A stretch of DNA of 48,426 nt, filler included, from Circinaria calcarea (Eukaryota): NCBI GenBank assembly GCA_051942165.1. It is 2 parts of 2 records of this genome, joined end to end, with 100 filler letters (N's around TTAATTAATTAA, not from the genome) between each part and the next. Parts side by side here need not be neighbours in the genome. Positions count along the whole stretch, not along the records: positions 1 to 24,166 come from JAVECS010000110.1; 1 more part is not named here. One strand, 5' to 3'. The notes under the pieces are model-generated. The model saw only the letters and a list, made by a program, of their open reading frames with translations. It did no database searches and was not told the origin of the DNA. Made by a program: the position numbers and the translations under genes. This document shows, piece by piece, positions 1-12,690 of this stretch. The first letter of the stretch is position 1. Each line of letters begins with the position of its first letter.

Positions 1-1463
1 GCAAGAGGATTGAAGGCTTCCGATGGGAAAACAATTGCTGACCCGTGCGTTGCGGTGGCCATATACCCGAGAATGCATCCAAAGCAGTGAAATAATGGTG
101 GAGGGCAGCAAACAACGTCACGCTCTGTAAGAAGCATGCGATCGCCAATGCTCTTACCGTTGTTGAGTATAGAACGATGTGTGAGACATGCTGCTTTGGG
201 CTGAGACGTGGTACCGCTCGTAAGTTGAATATTAACGACTGCGAAGACATGAGCAACTAAGATCAAAATCTATTCTCAAAATTATCTTACCATCACCAGG
301 GTTGAGATTCGTTTTTGGAATGCAACCGCCATGGATTCCGTCCTCCTGCACATCGTTGTAATGTAAGATGGATCTAAAGGGTGACAGGTCTACCCGGCCA
401 TCGGAATTATCTACAACGATAATCTCTCTGAGGGAGGGCACAGCAGCTGACTGAGGGACATGTCGATTAGGGCGAGAGGTCAATCCACTTAGGAGCAAAT
501 GATTCGATCGGGGTTCTTTCCATGGTAAATTAGTCTCGGCTCCAATGATGAGATGAGACACTTCGAGATGATTCAAGGCAGCGTGGAATTGCGTGGCGTT
601 AAATGCAGGATTCAAAGGGACCTATTAGTATTCAGCACAGGTTGCTGTGTACTATCTCAGTGCGTCTTCGGGCGGTGATCATATTTGGTATTTGGACCTG
701 GTTCAAATGCGAGTTCATGTAGCCGTGGTCGATTTCCACAGACGACAAACGTTGTAGAACACAATTGGGGATAGCCAAAGACACCATTCGATTGTTGGAC
801 AGCTGAGGAAAACCACCTACGAGGATAGCTCCCAGTTTAAAAAGTGCATACGTAGCCTGAAAACTCATTAGTCATTACTTCAAGGCTTCCCCGTTTGATA
901 TCGTACAATAGCATACTCGATATTGTTCCCCAACGAGATAGCCACTCGGTCGCCCTTCTTCACACCAATGTTGATCAATCCACGGCCTAGAGATTCGGCC
1001 TTTTGGTTCAGTTCAGAGTAGGTAAGGCGGGTAGCCTGATGTCGGGATATGACACTGCGGGATTGTCAGGTATATTGGTATCAAACGGCCACACAGTATT
1101 CCAGGCATTTCCCTCAAGGAACAGTGAGTGTTCTTGACATCCTCCAATATCTTGTTTGGATAGGTGGAAGCCCGTACAATCATTCCATTCACAGACAACG
1201 CTGTCAAATTCTTATGCCCAGTACGAGTACGCCACAAGAAAACACTTACGCCAGTTTGTCCGGAATTTGGGAGACGATGGAGGAAAAGTGCTCTCCCACG
1301 GTTTGCTCAAGTAATGGTGGCTTTCCATATCAATTCGGCATACCTGAAGCCCTCGACGGGATCATACCTGGGAGGGTCCTCCATAAAAGGACTTTGTCAA
1401 AAGGCTCCGGTACCTGACTTGGCCGTATATGCTAGTAACCGTTCGTAACCCAATTCGCCGCAT
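1..1463 (-). CDS. AMP-binding acyl-CoA synthetase (ACSF2-like), 5' part; runs off window start
   Basis: Hand-spliced: ATG at 1463 (MRRIGLRTVTSIYGQVRYRS, basic and mitochondrial-presequence-like), ...GVKKGDRVAISLGNNIEY, ...VPLNPAFN, then AMP-binding motif VNIQLTSGTTSQPKAACLTH and CCPPPLFHCFG; at least 5 GT-AG introns. Confidence 0.92.
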
Positions 1464-2120
1464 CTCGACCACATATTCGAGATTCCCAAGGATATATATA
1501 CATTACAGTAACCGGGCGTATGCAAAGTCGGTCACATAGTACAGCAGCACGTGGTTGATGTTGTGCAAGCATCGAATCCGTCGAATGTATCAGGGAGTAT
1601 CGCGTCAACCTGCGGGGGAGGCGGATTCGCTTAACAATGCACGGACCATATTACACATTCAAAGTCACTCTGTACGGGGCCTTTGCTTTTGTGGTAGAGT
1701 ATTTCTAGGTGACAACGCATTCAACTAACTACCGAGTGCATAATGATAGTGTAAAGTCTTATTAGGAAGACAGAGGTAAGTACGGTAGTAGCATGTGCTG
1801 TCAGGCTCACGTTTCTTACCTCACTCATTACCTCTACGAAATGCTGAAAATAAGGGTAGTATTCGCTCGATATAATCAATAGGGGTGAATAACTCGAACG
1901 GCTACCCATAAAATTCTCTGTTTGAAGTACATCTATTAGCCAAGTCTTCGCTACGTAAGGAACTTTTGCCTTTCCGTTGGGTGGCAAGGAATGAGTTAGG
2001 GGAAATTGAGAAGAATATACCAATCGGCCCTTACTCTATCTACTCACGCCGTACCGGAATCTTTGGGAGGGGATAATTCCTCTGAAACTACTTAGCTACA
2101 AAAAGCCTGACCGCTGAAAT

Positions 2121-3337
2121 ATGGCCAACGGAGATATTGTTGTCTTTAATGTGGCTGCCTTCATCTGCGCACTGTTTGTGTTGGAATTTGGGGCCGACAA
2201 GTTTATCGATCATACAGTTATCGTCGCTCGGAGGACGGGAGTATCACAGGCACTCATTGGTCTTCTGACCGCGGGTGCTGAATGGGAAGAGGTTAGGGAG
2301 CTGGGTGTTGATGGCTGCTACATCGGAGCTGACTGTTCCTACAGCTCGTGGTTATCATAGCCTCTATTGCGCGTAGTCGCTCATCCCTTGCGCTTGGGAA
2401 TGTTATTGGCTCCGCAATATCCAACATCCTAGGCGCGTTCTCGCTGGGACTCCTATTCTATCCGCACGAGGGCGAAATCAAGTTTGACAGAAGTTCAAAA
2501 CTCTACTCTTTACTTTTACTCTTGTTGGCAGCTTTCGTTACTGTCATTACTTTCTTCGGGAAAAAGGGCACCTGGAGTTTTCTTGGTGGGCTTCTGCTTG
2601 TCCTGTTCGTTGTTTACGTTATATCGGTAGCATGGGCAATTACCCGTGGAATTTTCACTCCGCCGGAGCTTTCCGACTCTGACGACGATGATGACACTCA
2701 AGAGAGCCATAGTGACAGCGAAGAGGGGAATAGTTTCTACGATGGGATAGGAACATCAAGACACGCATCTCAAGATGTTGAGGTTGCATCACCACTGCTC
2801 AAGACGAATAGTATTCCAGATGCTTCATCTGATCCTCAAAGGACGCATCCTCGCCTATGCCGGCTTCCACACCACAGGCTGATATATCATGTGGCCTTCC
2901 TGTCTCTTGGACTTGTATCAATCTGTCTCTCTGGCTACGTTCTCTCTCACGCTTCTACCACCATTAGTGATGAGCTTGGTATATCCGACGTTCTTTTTGG
3001 TATTGTGATACTCTCGATCGCAACCACTCTGCCGGAGAAGTTTATAGCCGTCATCAGTGGCGTTCGCGGTCATGCTGGAATTCTGGTTGCGAATACGGTA
3101 GGGAGCAACATCTTTCTGCTAGCGTTGTGTATGGGGATTGTGTTGGTGTTTACGGCAGGAGATTTCGATGCAGGCTCGGTGAATGCTGCCGAATTAGGGG
3201 TCCTGATGGGTTCCACGGTAGCTGTAACAGCTACGGTCTGGTTTGGCGGTAGCTGGAGTCGGTGGATAGGGGGTGTCATGCTTGCGGCTTACGTTGTCTT
3301 CCTCGTATTGGAATTCACCCTCATTCGAAAGGCTTGA
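2121..3337 (+). CDS. Sodium/calcium exchanger (CaCA, Na_Ca_ex) family membrane protein
   Basis: Exons 2121-2291 and 2345-3337 join in frame; two hydrophobic halves separated by an acidic loop; alpha-repeat-like LTAGAEWEEL...GNVIGSAISN and SIATTLPEK...ANTVGSNIF. Confidence 0.88.
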
Positions 3338-4663
3338 AAATACTCACGAGCGAGTCAAGTTATCTGCAACAATATCCTCACAATAATCGCGTCATGTATC
3401 GATATGCCAGAGACGGAGAATGGCTGCTAAGTACCGTGAATGCATTAGGTCCTGGAGATAGGATACAGATTATGTAAAAGAGAATAAAGCTGTAATGTAA
3501 CTGATAAACTATATATGATTCCAAACAAAGCCAAAGACTGTGTTCACTAGAGACCAAATCACCCTTACAGCGTATGTCTATCGTTTGATCATTTTCTTTT
3601 ATTTACAGAAGTACTTCGTGAAATTATCATAGCTTCAGCTTGAGGTTCTCAGAGTCTCTCAAATATGCAACGCGAGCACATGCCCCAGTTCTCTGAGCAA
3701 CATTAATTGGTTCGTTATTAATCCAGCATGCTTTAAAGATTTGCATTTCCAGCTCGGCACGCCTGAGGCAGGTCCCACTCGCGAATCTGGTGGCGACCGA
3801 TAGCGATTACTTGGGCCGAGCACGCGATCCCCTAAACGCGCATGGGATCGGTGAGGTTTTATCAACTCGGATGAATACGAGGACGGGCCACACCGGTCAA
3901 TCTTGCTTGGCACCGATAGGACGAGACGCCGTCACCGACTTTGAGAGGCGGACAGCGGGAGCCGCTTGCGGCTTTGCTATGATAGCGCAACGGATATAAT
4001 GCTTAATTTGACTGGTGATTGTCGAGACGAGCTGGTAATTGCCGGCCTAAGATGAGAATCGGGCTACAATAATAAAGCAATACTTATCAACTTTGCTGTT
4101 TGGTTCATTTCTTATAAATGCTTACTGCTCTGTGCCGATTTCGTATATATGATGACAACATTTTGGAAAGTAGACCCCCTCGGTCTCTTCTTGTACTTAT
4201 CAGTGTTATCACATTCAAACGCGCTACCATAAGTAATCAATCAAATCAGCATGCAAAGGCGACCAGTACGCTAGCTTATGGTACCGAGGTCCACAGGAAT
4301 CAAAGCCGATTATCTGCATCACCCCAGGATCCACTATCTGCGTTCCTCCGAGACTTATTCGGAGAGCACAGCTTTGGGAGTAGCCCTGATCGACCTGCGA
4401 GCCATTGAATCGTCTGAAGCTCGATCAGAATGATGGAATACCCCGTCCGGGTTAGCAGCTTCTATGGAGAGAATACGGATGCCCTCCGAAGCCATGGGGA
4501 TCATTCGTTAGCACCTGCTGCATTAAGCAGTACTGGTAAATCATGGAGGGGGGGCAAATTAGCAGCGGAGAGAAGGAGTATAATATGGAATGCATGACCC
4601 TCGCATCATGCCGACTTCTCGCGGAATAACCTTCCTCATATACTTGATAAACGCAAACTGAGA

Positions 4664-6678
4664 ATGCCGTCCAATATCGACGATGCGGCCGCCGGGGCGA
4701 AACACGATATCGCCTTGACTCAAGGTCCTGACGAGCAACATCGTGGTTCCGCAGCTGCTCACGCGACCGAGCTTCCTCCCGTCCTCGAAGGAAAGGGGAC
4801 CTTGTCTTCTCTGTATGAGACCGAAAGTGATGATTTCCCTACCACCGAAGAGCTTCATACTTTGCGCCGCGTCTCGGATAAGATCCCGTGGAGCGCCTAC
4901 ACTGTTGCCTTTGTTGAACTTATCGAGCGTTTCTCGTACTATGGAACCCAGGTCGTTTGTATGTTCTCTACCTAACTTGGGTTCTATGTGTATATATGAT
5001 CTTAAAACTGATTGTCTTATCTAGACACCAATTTCATTCAACAGCCACTCCCAGATGGATCGAGAACTGGTGCCGGCGGGCCCCACGGTCAGTCCGGAGC
5101 GCTTGGCAAGGGCCAGAGGGCATCCACCGGACTTGGCACATTCAACCAGTTCTGGGTCTACTTTATTCCTCTCCTCGGTGCCTACGTTGCAGATACCTAT
5201 CTAGGGAGATACAGAGCCATTTGCATCTCCCTAGGCATCGCCATCGTTGGACACATAATCCTCACCGTCTCCGCTGTTCCCTCCGTGCTAGCAAATAGCA
5301 GTGGAGCCCTAGCCTGTTTCATCATCGGTCTCATTGTGATGGGTGTGGGAACCGGTGGTTTCAAGCCAAACATCTCACCGCTTGTGGCAGAGCAGCTACC
5401 ACTCACCAAGATGAAGGTGGTTAACACCAAGACTGGAGAGCGCGTTCTGGTTGACCCGGCTGTCACCTCTTCCAGGGCATACCATTATTTTTACCTCTTC
5501 ATTAACATTGGTGCCTTGGTGGGCCAGATCAGCATGGTTTACTCCGAGAAGTTTGTCGGTTTCTGGCTGTCTTTCTTCCTCCCTACCGTCCTGCTACTCA
5601 TATGCCCGTTAATCATGTGGGCTTGCCGCAACAAATACGTGACGTCACCTCCCCAAGGGAGTGTCTTATCTAAAGCGTTCCGGCTGTTCCTTCGCGGAAA
5701 TTCAGGGCGATGGTCTATCAACCCTGTCCGTACCTATAAAAAATTGAATGACGGTACCTTTTGGGAAAACGTCAAGCCAAGCCACATTCCAATCAGCCAG
5801 AGACCGAAGTGGATGACTTTTGATGATCAATGGGTCGATGAGGTCCGAAGAGGATTTCATGCCTGCAGTGTTTTCCTGTGGTACCCGCTTTACTGGCTCA
5901 CCTACAACCAGTTGAATAACAACTTGACATCTCAAGCTGCCACCATGAAGCTTAACGGCCTTCCCAACGATATCTTGTCCAATCTTGATCCGTTCGCGTT
6001 GATCATCCTCATTCCTATTTGCGATCTCGTAGTCTACCCTCTACTCCGAAAATGGAAGATTAACTTCTCGCCCATCAAGAAGATTACCTGGGGATTCTAC
6101 ACCGGTAGTGCAGCGATGATCTGGGCTTGTGTCATCCAAGTTTACATGTAACTACTCTCTGCCCCCAGCCTAGTCCGTACCCTCAAACTAATAAATATAC
6201 CAGTTACCGACAGAGCGTCTGTGGAAAGTATGCTGCAGGTGAAGACCCAGCGACCGGCGATACATGCGCGCCAGTCGAGCTCAACGTCTGGGCCCAAACT
6301 GGTTCATATGTTCTCATCGCAATCTCCGAAATCCTCGCATCCATCACTTTGCTCGAATACGCGTTCTCCAAAGCGCCCAGGAACATGCGTTCCCTCGTCC
6401 TCGCTTTCGGCCTCTTCATGAATGCCATCTCCGCCGCTATTGGCGAGGCCTTCGTCTCCCTCTCCGCCGACCCTCTGCTGGAATGGAATTACGGCGTCAT
6501 GGCGGTGTTGTCATTCGTTGGAGGAACTTGCTTCTGGTTTCAGTTCAGAGGGTTGGATAAGCAGGAGGACGAACTCAATATGCTGCCTACGGGACATTTG
6601 GGCACTTCTGAGGATCTCAAGGATCCGGAGCGATCTCTTAGCCATGTCATTCATGATGCCAAGGAGTTGAAGACCTAG
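4664..6678 (+). CDS. PTR2: POT/PTR family di-/tripeptide transporter
   Basis: Exons 4664-4958, 5025-6147, 6204-6678; motifs ELIERFSYYG (ExxERFxYYG), GTGGFKPN, YFYLFINIGAL, LEYAFSKAPRNMRS. Confidence 0.95.
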
Positions 6679-7220
6679 GGTGCTATTCACTTAGGGATTT
6701 GGGTCTTGGGATGATCGAGGGTGTCTATATAGTGATTGCAAGCACTGCTAGTTCTTTGATAAGAACTTGGCATTAGCTGAAATGAAAAGGTTTTTTATGA
6801 TGATACTATCTTCTAGACCTTAGAAGTTAATGGTGTATCTGTATGGATAAACAGCGTTGCTGTTCCCCTTACCTGAAATGCTCGTTCGCTCCACTTCGGC
6901 CCGGGCCAGAAGTCTTGGCAAGAGGATCCAAAGCAATCAGCAGGGTGGAGTTAGTTGTCAGCCTCCACGACCATTCATCGTAACTGCCGCACTGCTAAAC
7001 TGAGATGCGCTCTATAACTCTCTGCTGATTTGAGCTTACCCATTGTTGTATCATGCATGGATTGCTATAGTTCAGATTAAATATACAATACATTACCGAA
7101 AAGCTGTCGAGAGCAAGGCTGAAATGATTACCTAGGCGGATTTGCGGAATCTAGGCTATTTTTCACATTCAGCTAGAGATTTGTGTCCGTATGAATCTTG
7201 GATAGGCGCCTACCATCAGA

Positions 7221-9434
7221 ATGACGACCCTCGTCGCTGCATGGCAGAAGGGGTTGGATCCCACATCTTTCTCTGATAACCGCCTTGGGCTTGCTGGAAC
7301 TCTTTTTGAAAGCTGCGTCCGACTGTTTGTTGACCTGATCAGAGGTCCGGCGAAGCAAGCTCTTGAGCCACATACGTTTCAGTACCTGCGGTTACAAGCT
7401 CAAAGGTTCAACCTATGGGGTGATGGGTTCTCAGCCAGCCAAGGTGAGCTGGATCGCATTTTGGCAGATTCTGACCATCTAAGAAAGCCTGTTCTGTCCT
7501 TCCTGAGCGCTTTGGGAAATACTCTGGTGGAATTGGCGAAAAAGTTAGACACCGATGGTGTATCAAATGATGCCAGTTCGTCGGCATTACGAGAAAGCTG
7601 CAGACAAATTGAAATCCTGAACGATCAAGTGGCAAAAGTCATAGGTGAACCCGTAGACGCCGATGGCGATGAAATCAGTTCTTCGGGGTCGGAGTTGTCC
7701 TCTTTTGACGAGTTAAACGAGCTTGTTGAGGATATCAAGACGTATGTCGACTGCTTCATGGATCTGGTCTCCACACTGGAGAATCCGGCCAAAAACTCTG
7801 GACCGGAAGAGAAACCTGGAGATATCTTAGTTGATCTTGATGTTGTTGCTACTGCTGCGCGACCTTATATCGAAAGCATTTCTTACCAATATCCTTCGGC
7901 TGACCAGGAATTTGCCAAGAGGTTAGGCGAAGCAAACTGGCAACGGAGGGAAAGGCTCAGAGAAAGGCTAGAGTTGGCGGTCCTAGCAGTCGAAGAAAAT
8001 GATGGTAATATGACAAGGGACGATAAGGAAGAAGAACTGCAAGCTAGAAGTTTCGCCCAAGCTTCGTCTGTTCCTATACAGTCGGAGACCACAATATCTA
8101 GCTTTATCGAGTCATCCATGTGGGAGGTCGATTCTAATGTAATACTGGGGCGCGCCAATGATACCAGAACGATTCCTAAACCCTCGATGTCTATCACTTC
8201 CTTTGCATCGAGCTTTATGGACGGTGATACTGCTATAACTGCACGCCGCATGCCAATACTACCAGATAGTCACGAATGGGGTTCTGCCTTTCACTGTTTC
8301 ATCTGTGGAGACTTTTTACAAGATATCATCAGTCATGCAGATTGGAAGTACGTCTCAGATATTTATTGACCTTGACGTTTAGCAGCTAATTCTAGGGGTA
8401 GGAAACACGTGTTCAGTGATTTAGAGCCTTATATATGCTCTTTCTCGGAATGTGTTAGAGGAATAAACACCTTCATGACGCGAAGAGAATGGATGGATCA
8501 TGAATTTGCTCAGCATCGAGTGAACCATCATTGGTCCTGCCCTCAGTGCTCAATCTCCTCTTATAGTCCTGAAGGCTTCAAGAAGCATCTCAATCAGGAA
8601 CATCTTAATTACTTCACGCCATCGCAGATGGATGCTATCGCAAATGCAGCAATTAGGACATGCGCGCAGCCAGTCATAGAACAGATATGTCCCTTTTGTT
8701 TAATCACCCCTGGAGATACGGCACGCAAATTTGCTGCGCATGTAGGGAGACATATGCAGGAAACTGCACTTAGCGCTCTTCCTCCATTCATAGGTTCGGA
8801 TGTCAACTGTGAATCACTCGAAGAGGAAGATCACGATGAAATAGACGAAAAGAATACACCACAAGAAGACTTAAGACCTTCGTCGACGCTCCCGCTGGAG
8901 CAAGTAGCATTTGGCAAAGGTCTTGGTCCAAAACCAGCACAAAATCAGGAATTAGATTCGAGGGTCGCAGCTACAGAGAAAATTCCGATGGAAGCTCCTA
9001 CTAAGCTTGCTATATTCATTATGGAGATGGAAAGCCTCGCGGGTACACTTCAAGGGTTAAGAGAAAAGTACTCCAATGAAGCGCACAACATCGCCCTTGT
9101 TACAGACCTTTTATGGGCAGCGAGATCAGTCCTTAGATCTATCGACGAGTGGTGGGAAAATAACGACTCATCACAGATATCTAATCAATGGGAAGTTGAT
9201 ATGGATTACTCTGTAGAAGCTTGGGCCGTCTTGGTTGCAGCTATTAAAAAGAAGTCGGAAGTAACTAGTGGTAAGGAACAACCCCATTTGGTTACATCTC
9301 AAATGTTTAAGAAACGACGCTTTCGATTATTCGATGGTGATCTTAAAAATTATATAAGAGATTTGGACGTCCAATTACATGCTCTAAAGTCCCTTTTACG
9401 CACATGTCAATTCAGATCTGTAAATGAGGAATAA
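7221..9434 (+). CDS. Hypothetical protein: N-terminal helical domain, C2H2-type Zn fingers, C-terminal helical (HeLo-like/STAND N-terminal-like) module
   Basis: Exons 7221-8347 and 8402-9434 in frame; RFNLWGDGF...LDRIL; FHCFICG...WKKHVFSDLEPYICSFSEC...WMDHEFAQH...WSCPQC...CPFC...HVGRHMQETAL. Confidence 0.8.
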
Positions 9435-9624
9435 AGATTCTTGAAAGCGAGCGGCATGAAAGTCAGCTCGAGAGATATAGTACGATGGAGCAAGGTTTAG
9501 AACCCGAGTAAGTTTCTGTTATTTTATATCCAGATATGCTTCAAGTTAATTTAGAGTATTCTTACCCAATTTTTCTCTCTCCCACTGACCATCCCGCACT
9601 CGATCAGACCAATATCGATCTACA

Positions 9625-9830
9625 TTCGCCTGATTTCCTACTGCGAGGCCCTTTTTAAGCGCCAGACAGATCTTGAACACCATACAAAGGTGGTTCACCC
9701 TATCACTGAACCACCGCATGGATAGTGTGATCGCGTAGGCGAGCATGCCTTCACAAAGAAAGATCAACTCACAGATCACCTGCGCGAGGTACATATGGAG
9801 GAAAATCCACAAGCTACGAGTTCGGAATAG
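9625..9830 (+). pseudogene. Decayed tandem C2H2 zinc-finger fragment
   Basis: Frame from 9642 reads CEALFKRQTDLEHHTKVVHPITEPPHG*CDRVGEHAFTKKDQLTDHLREVH with in-frame TAG at 9723-9725; a TGA and frameshift lie where the first Cys is expected. Confidence 0.6.
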
Positions 9831-10285
9831 AAAGGAAGAAAAGAAAGAGATACAGGAGCAGGTTGTCGAGAAGAACGAGAAGAGAGAAGAGAACAGCTCC
9901 GCCAATTGCGCAGTCAGTGCAGTACGCACTACTAGCTGCCTGGAGGGAGGGACATAACCAACTATAGAGACTAAGCTTGTACTTGGTCAATCGCCTCTGG
10001 CGAGCTTGATACACGAGCGTTTTCTATAGAACTTCCAAGCGATGTTCATGAAGGACGTTACACGGCATCAGACTATCTATAGCACAAGGCTCTGGGATAT
10101 ATTTCGAGGCTGTTTTGAGATTCTTGGAGTTTTGCATTGACGCTTACGAGCTATGAAGGCTTAAATTCCTACACCAGGCGTCTGGAAATCAGAATGTGAG
10201 AACAGAAGAGACAGAAAACTAAATCTCGGTATTCCAGACTATGAAGATACACCTCCTACTTAAACTTTCTATTTTCGTTATCATA

Positions 10286-12323
10286 TTAACATATCACCGC
10301 CGACTGAACACACAGATCCAGCTCCTTGACCACATCCTGGAAGACAGCACCTTGCAACTCTATATTCTCCAGTTTATAGTCCTCGCCTATTCCGAAGTCG
10401 CAATTCAAACACCTCTGAACGACTCTCCCGTACCTCCGCCCTAGTTTATTCGATACTGCCGCCCCAAGTCTCTTCGCGGTCCAGAACTCCGTGAGTTGGT
10501 TTACCGGTTCATCCGCAATATCCTCTAGGAGCTGCAGATCCTGCAGCGGTGCATCGAAGCCTAATTCGATAAGCATGATGCCGAGACTGTACAGAATGCT
10601 GTTTGGTGCGAGAGATCGCGTGATCGAACGAGCAATCTGAGTCTCAGAGGATGTCTGCTGAGGTACTATAGCTGCAGGGTTTGCTTTAACGAACCGGGCG
10701 TTGAGATATGGGGCACACAACGGATCTGAAGTGAGGTCTCGGATGCCGAAGAAAAAAACGTCACGACTTCGCCAGGAGTCTTGGAGCCATGGGGTAGAAT
10801 GAAACTGGAGCACACCTAGAGCCAGGAGCTTTGCGAGACGGAGCTTCTCAGGAAGGGGGATACCAAGCTGTGAAGATTTGGCGAACGTGAGAGCATCGTT
10901 CAGCGAGATGGCGGCGATACCCGAGGAAGCATTTTGATGAGAGAGGTCGCAAGGATAGATAAAGTGTTTGCACGTTGTTGTTTTTTGCAAGAAGCCTATG
11001 CACGGCAGAGGTGAGGATATAACCAAGTTTTGGAAACGCTCTTGAAGGTAGAGGCATGGGTCTTTTTGGATGGAGCAAAGATTCAAGGGCGAGCATAAAG
11101 TGTTAGAAGAGTGGTTTGGAAGCGGAGAGGTTGGTATGGCAAAGCGTACACTTTTGCCCTTGGTAAGGGTGTTTTGTAGAGTTGCGTTGAGGGTACGTAT
11201 AGGTAGTGAGACATTCGAGGGACTTGTTTCGGCAGTTGATTGTTCAGCTAGGGATTCAACGGTAAGCCACAACGGCTTCTCTGTAATGCCAATTGTCCCC
11301 TGAGCGTTTCCAATGTACGTCAATGCCATGTTAAAACGGACGTTCTCGATCTGTCGACGATCTTCGACGTGCAAACAGATACTCGCCAAGTGCTCAGCAT
11401 GCACTTTGCAAGCCCACAAGCTTGAAAAGGCATCGTAGAGTTTTTCTGAGACTTTCCGAACGGTTTCGAACTTGAGGATAGGTCCCTTGGCGGCTGGCGG
11501 TGCGGAACGAGTTGAACTCTCGTCCTTGAGACGCTTGATTTGTTTTACTAATACGCGGAGGTCGCCATTATGTTTCCGAAGATCATCGACTTTATCTTCG
11601 AGACGGGGCTTGGAGAAGCTAAGTTTAAGCTTCTGGTGGACCAGGTGAAGGCGGCTTTTGCCGGACTCTTCCTGAAGGGTAGGTTAGTTGAAAGGCATAA
11701 GCGAATTGTGGTCGTGTATATATGCCTCTTCTTGGAGTCCTAACAGATATAACAGGGGTATAACGTGCACGCATATAGATCTATGATTTGAAAGATGGAC
11801 CCTTTCATATATCATAGACTTGCTACATGTTCGATAGTTACGCCGAACCTGAAGATATAATGACGAAAGGACTAAAGTTCATAGACGACACTCTTCAAAC
11901 AGATAATGTATAGAAAAGTGATACACTGGGTACCTTCGTCTTCAACAGATCGTCAAAACCCCCCGTCTCCTTAAGAATAGCAACCAAACTCTCATTGACC
12001 AACTCCAGCGTCGAAACGCAAGTATTAAACGATTCATCCAGCCGCTCAGCTAACCTCCGATCCAACTCCTCATCCCGCCACAGCTCACTCGTCCGATCAT
12101 TGAGCATCTCATCCTCGTGAGTCGTGACCGTAGACAGTAAGAGCCGGCACTCATTCTCAAAAGCCGTTTTCTGGATCCTGAGAAGGTTTTGGAAGCGCTT
12201 GGCCTCCTTGCGATGCCGGTGAAAGGTCACAATGGGCCGGAACGTGTATTCGTAGTTTTCGATTACGGCGATTATGAGGGGAAGGATGGCGAGGGTGAGG
12301 CTGGTGGCTGTCGCCGGGTCCAT
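10286..12323 (-). CDS. Hypothetical protein: HeLo-like N-terminal helical domain plus C-terminal kinase-like-fold (DUF7580-type) domain
   Basis: Exons 12323-11934 (130 codons) and 11671-10286 (462 codons) in phase 0; hydrophobic N-terminus MDPATATSLTLAILPLIIAVIENY; C-terminal KLRLAKLLALGVLQFHSTPWL...LYSLGIMLIELGF...YGRVVQRCLNCDF. Confidence 0.82.
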
Positions 12324-12690
12324 TGTAGGCGGGCCGGAGGCATGGAGGGGTTCTTGGTGGTGTTACGGAATGATACTGGATTAGCAACGGTGAATGACTC
12401 CCAACTCTTCAAGTGGTCTATCTAGTAGGACAACATCATTATCGCAGGCGTAGTAGCGCTGGTTTAAAGTTGCCAGTCTGCTAAGAGGCTGACCGGATTC
12501 CCTCATCTTGCATCAACAGCCTCATTTGGTAGCCTTCCACTTGGGGGAGAACATGCATAACCACACACCTCCCCTCATAATAGACTATGGCCTCCAAAGA
12601 AGGCCACGAGTTTGCCAGCTTCACAGAATCGGTTGAACGACCTTACCAGTGTTCTACATCTGATCGAGAGATAGCTGACGTACCTGTACA

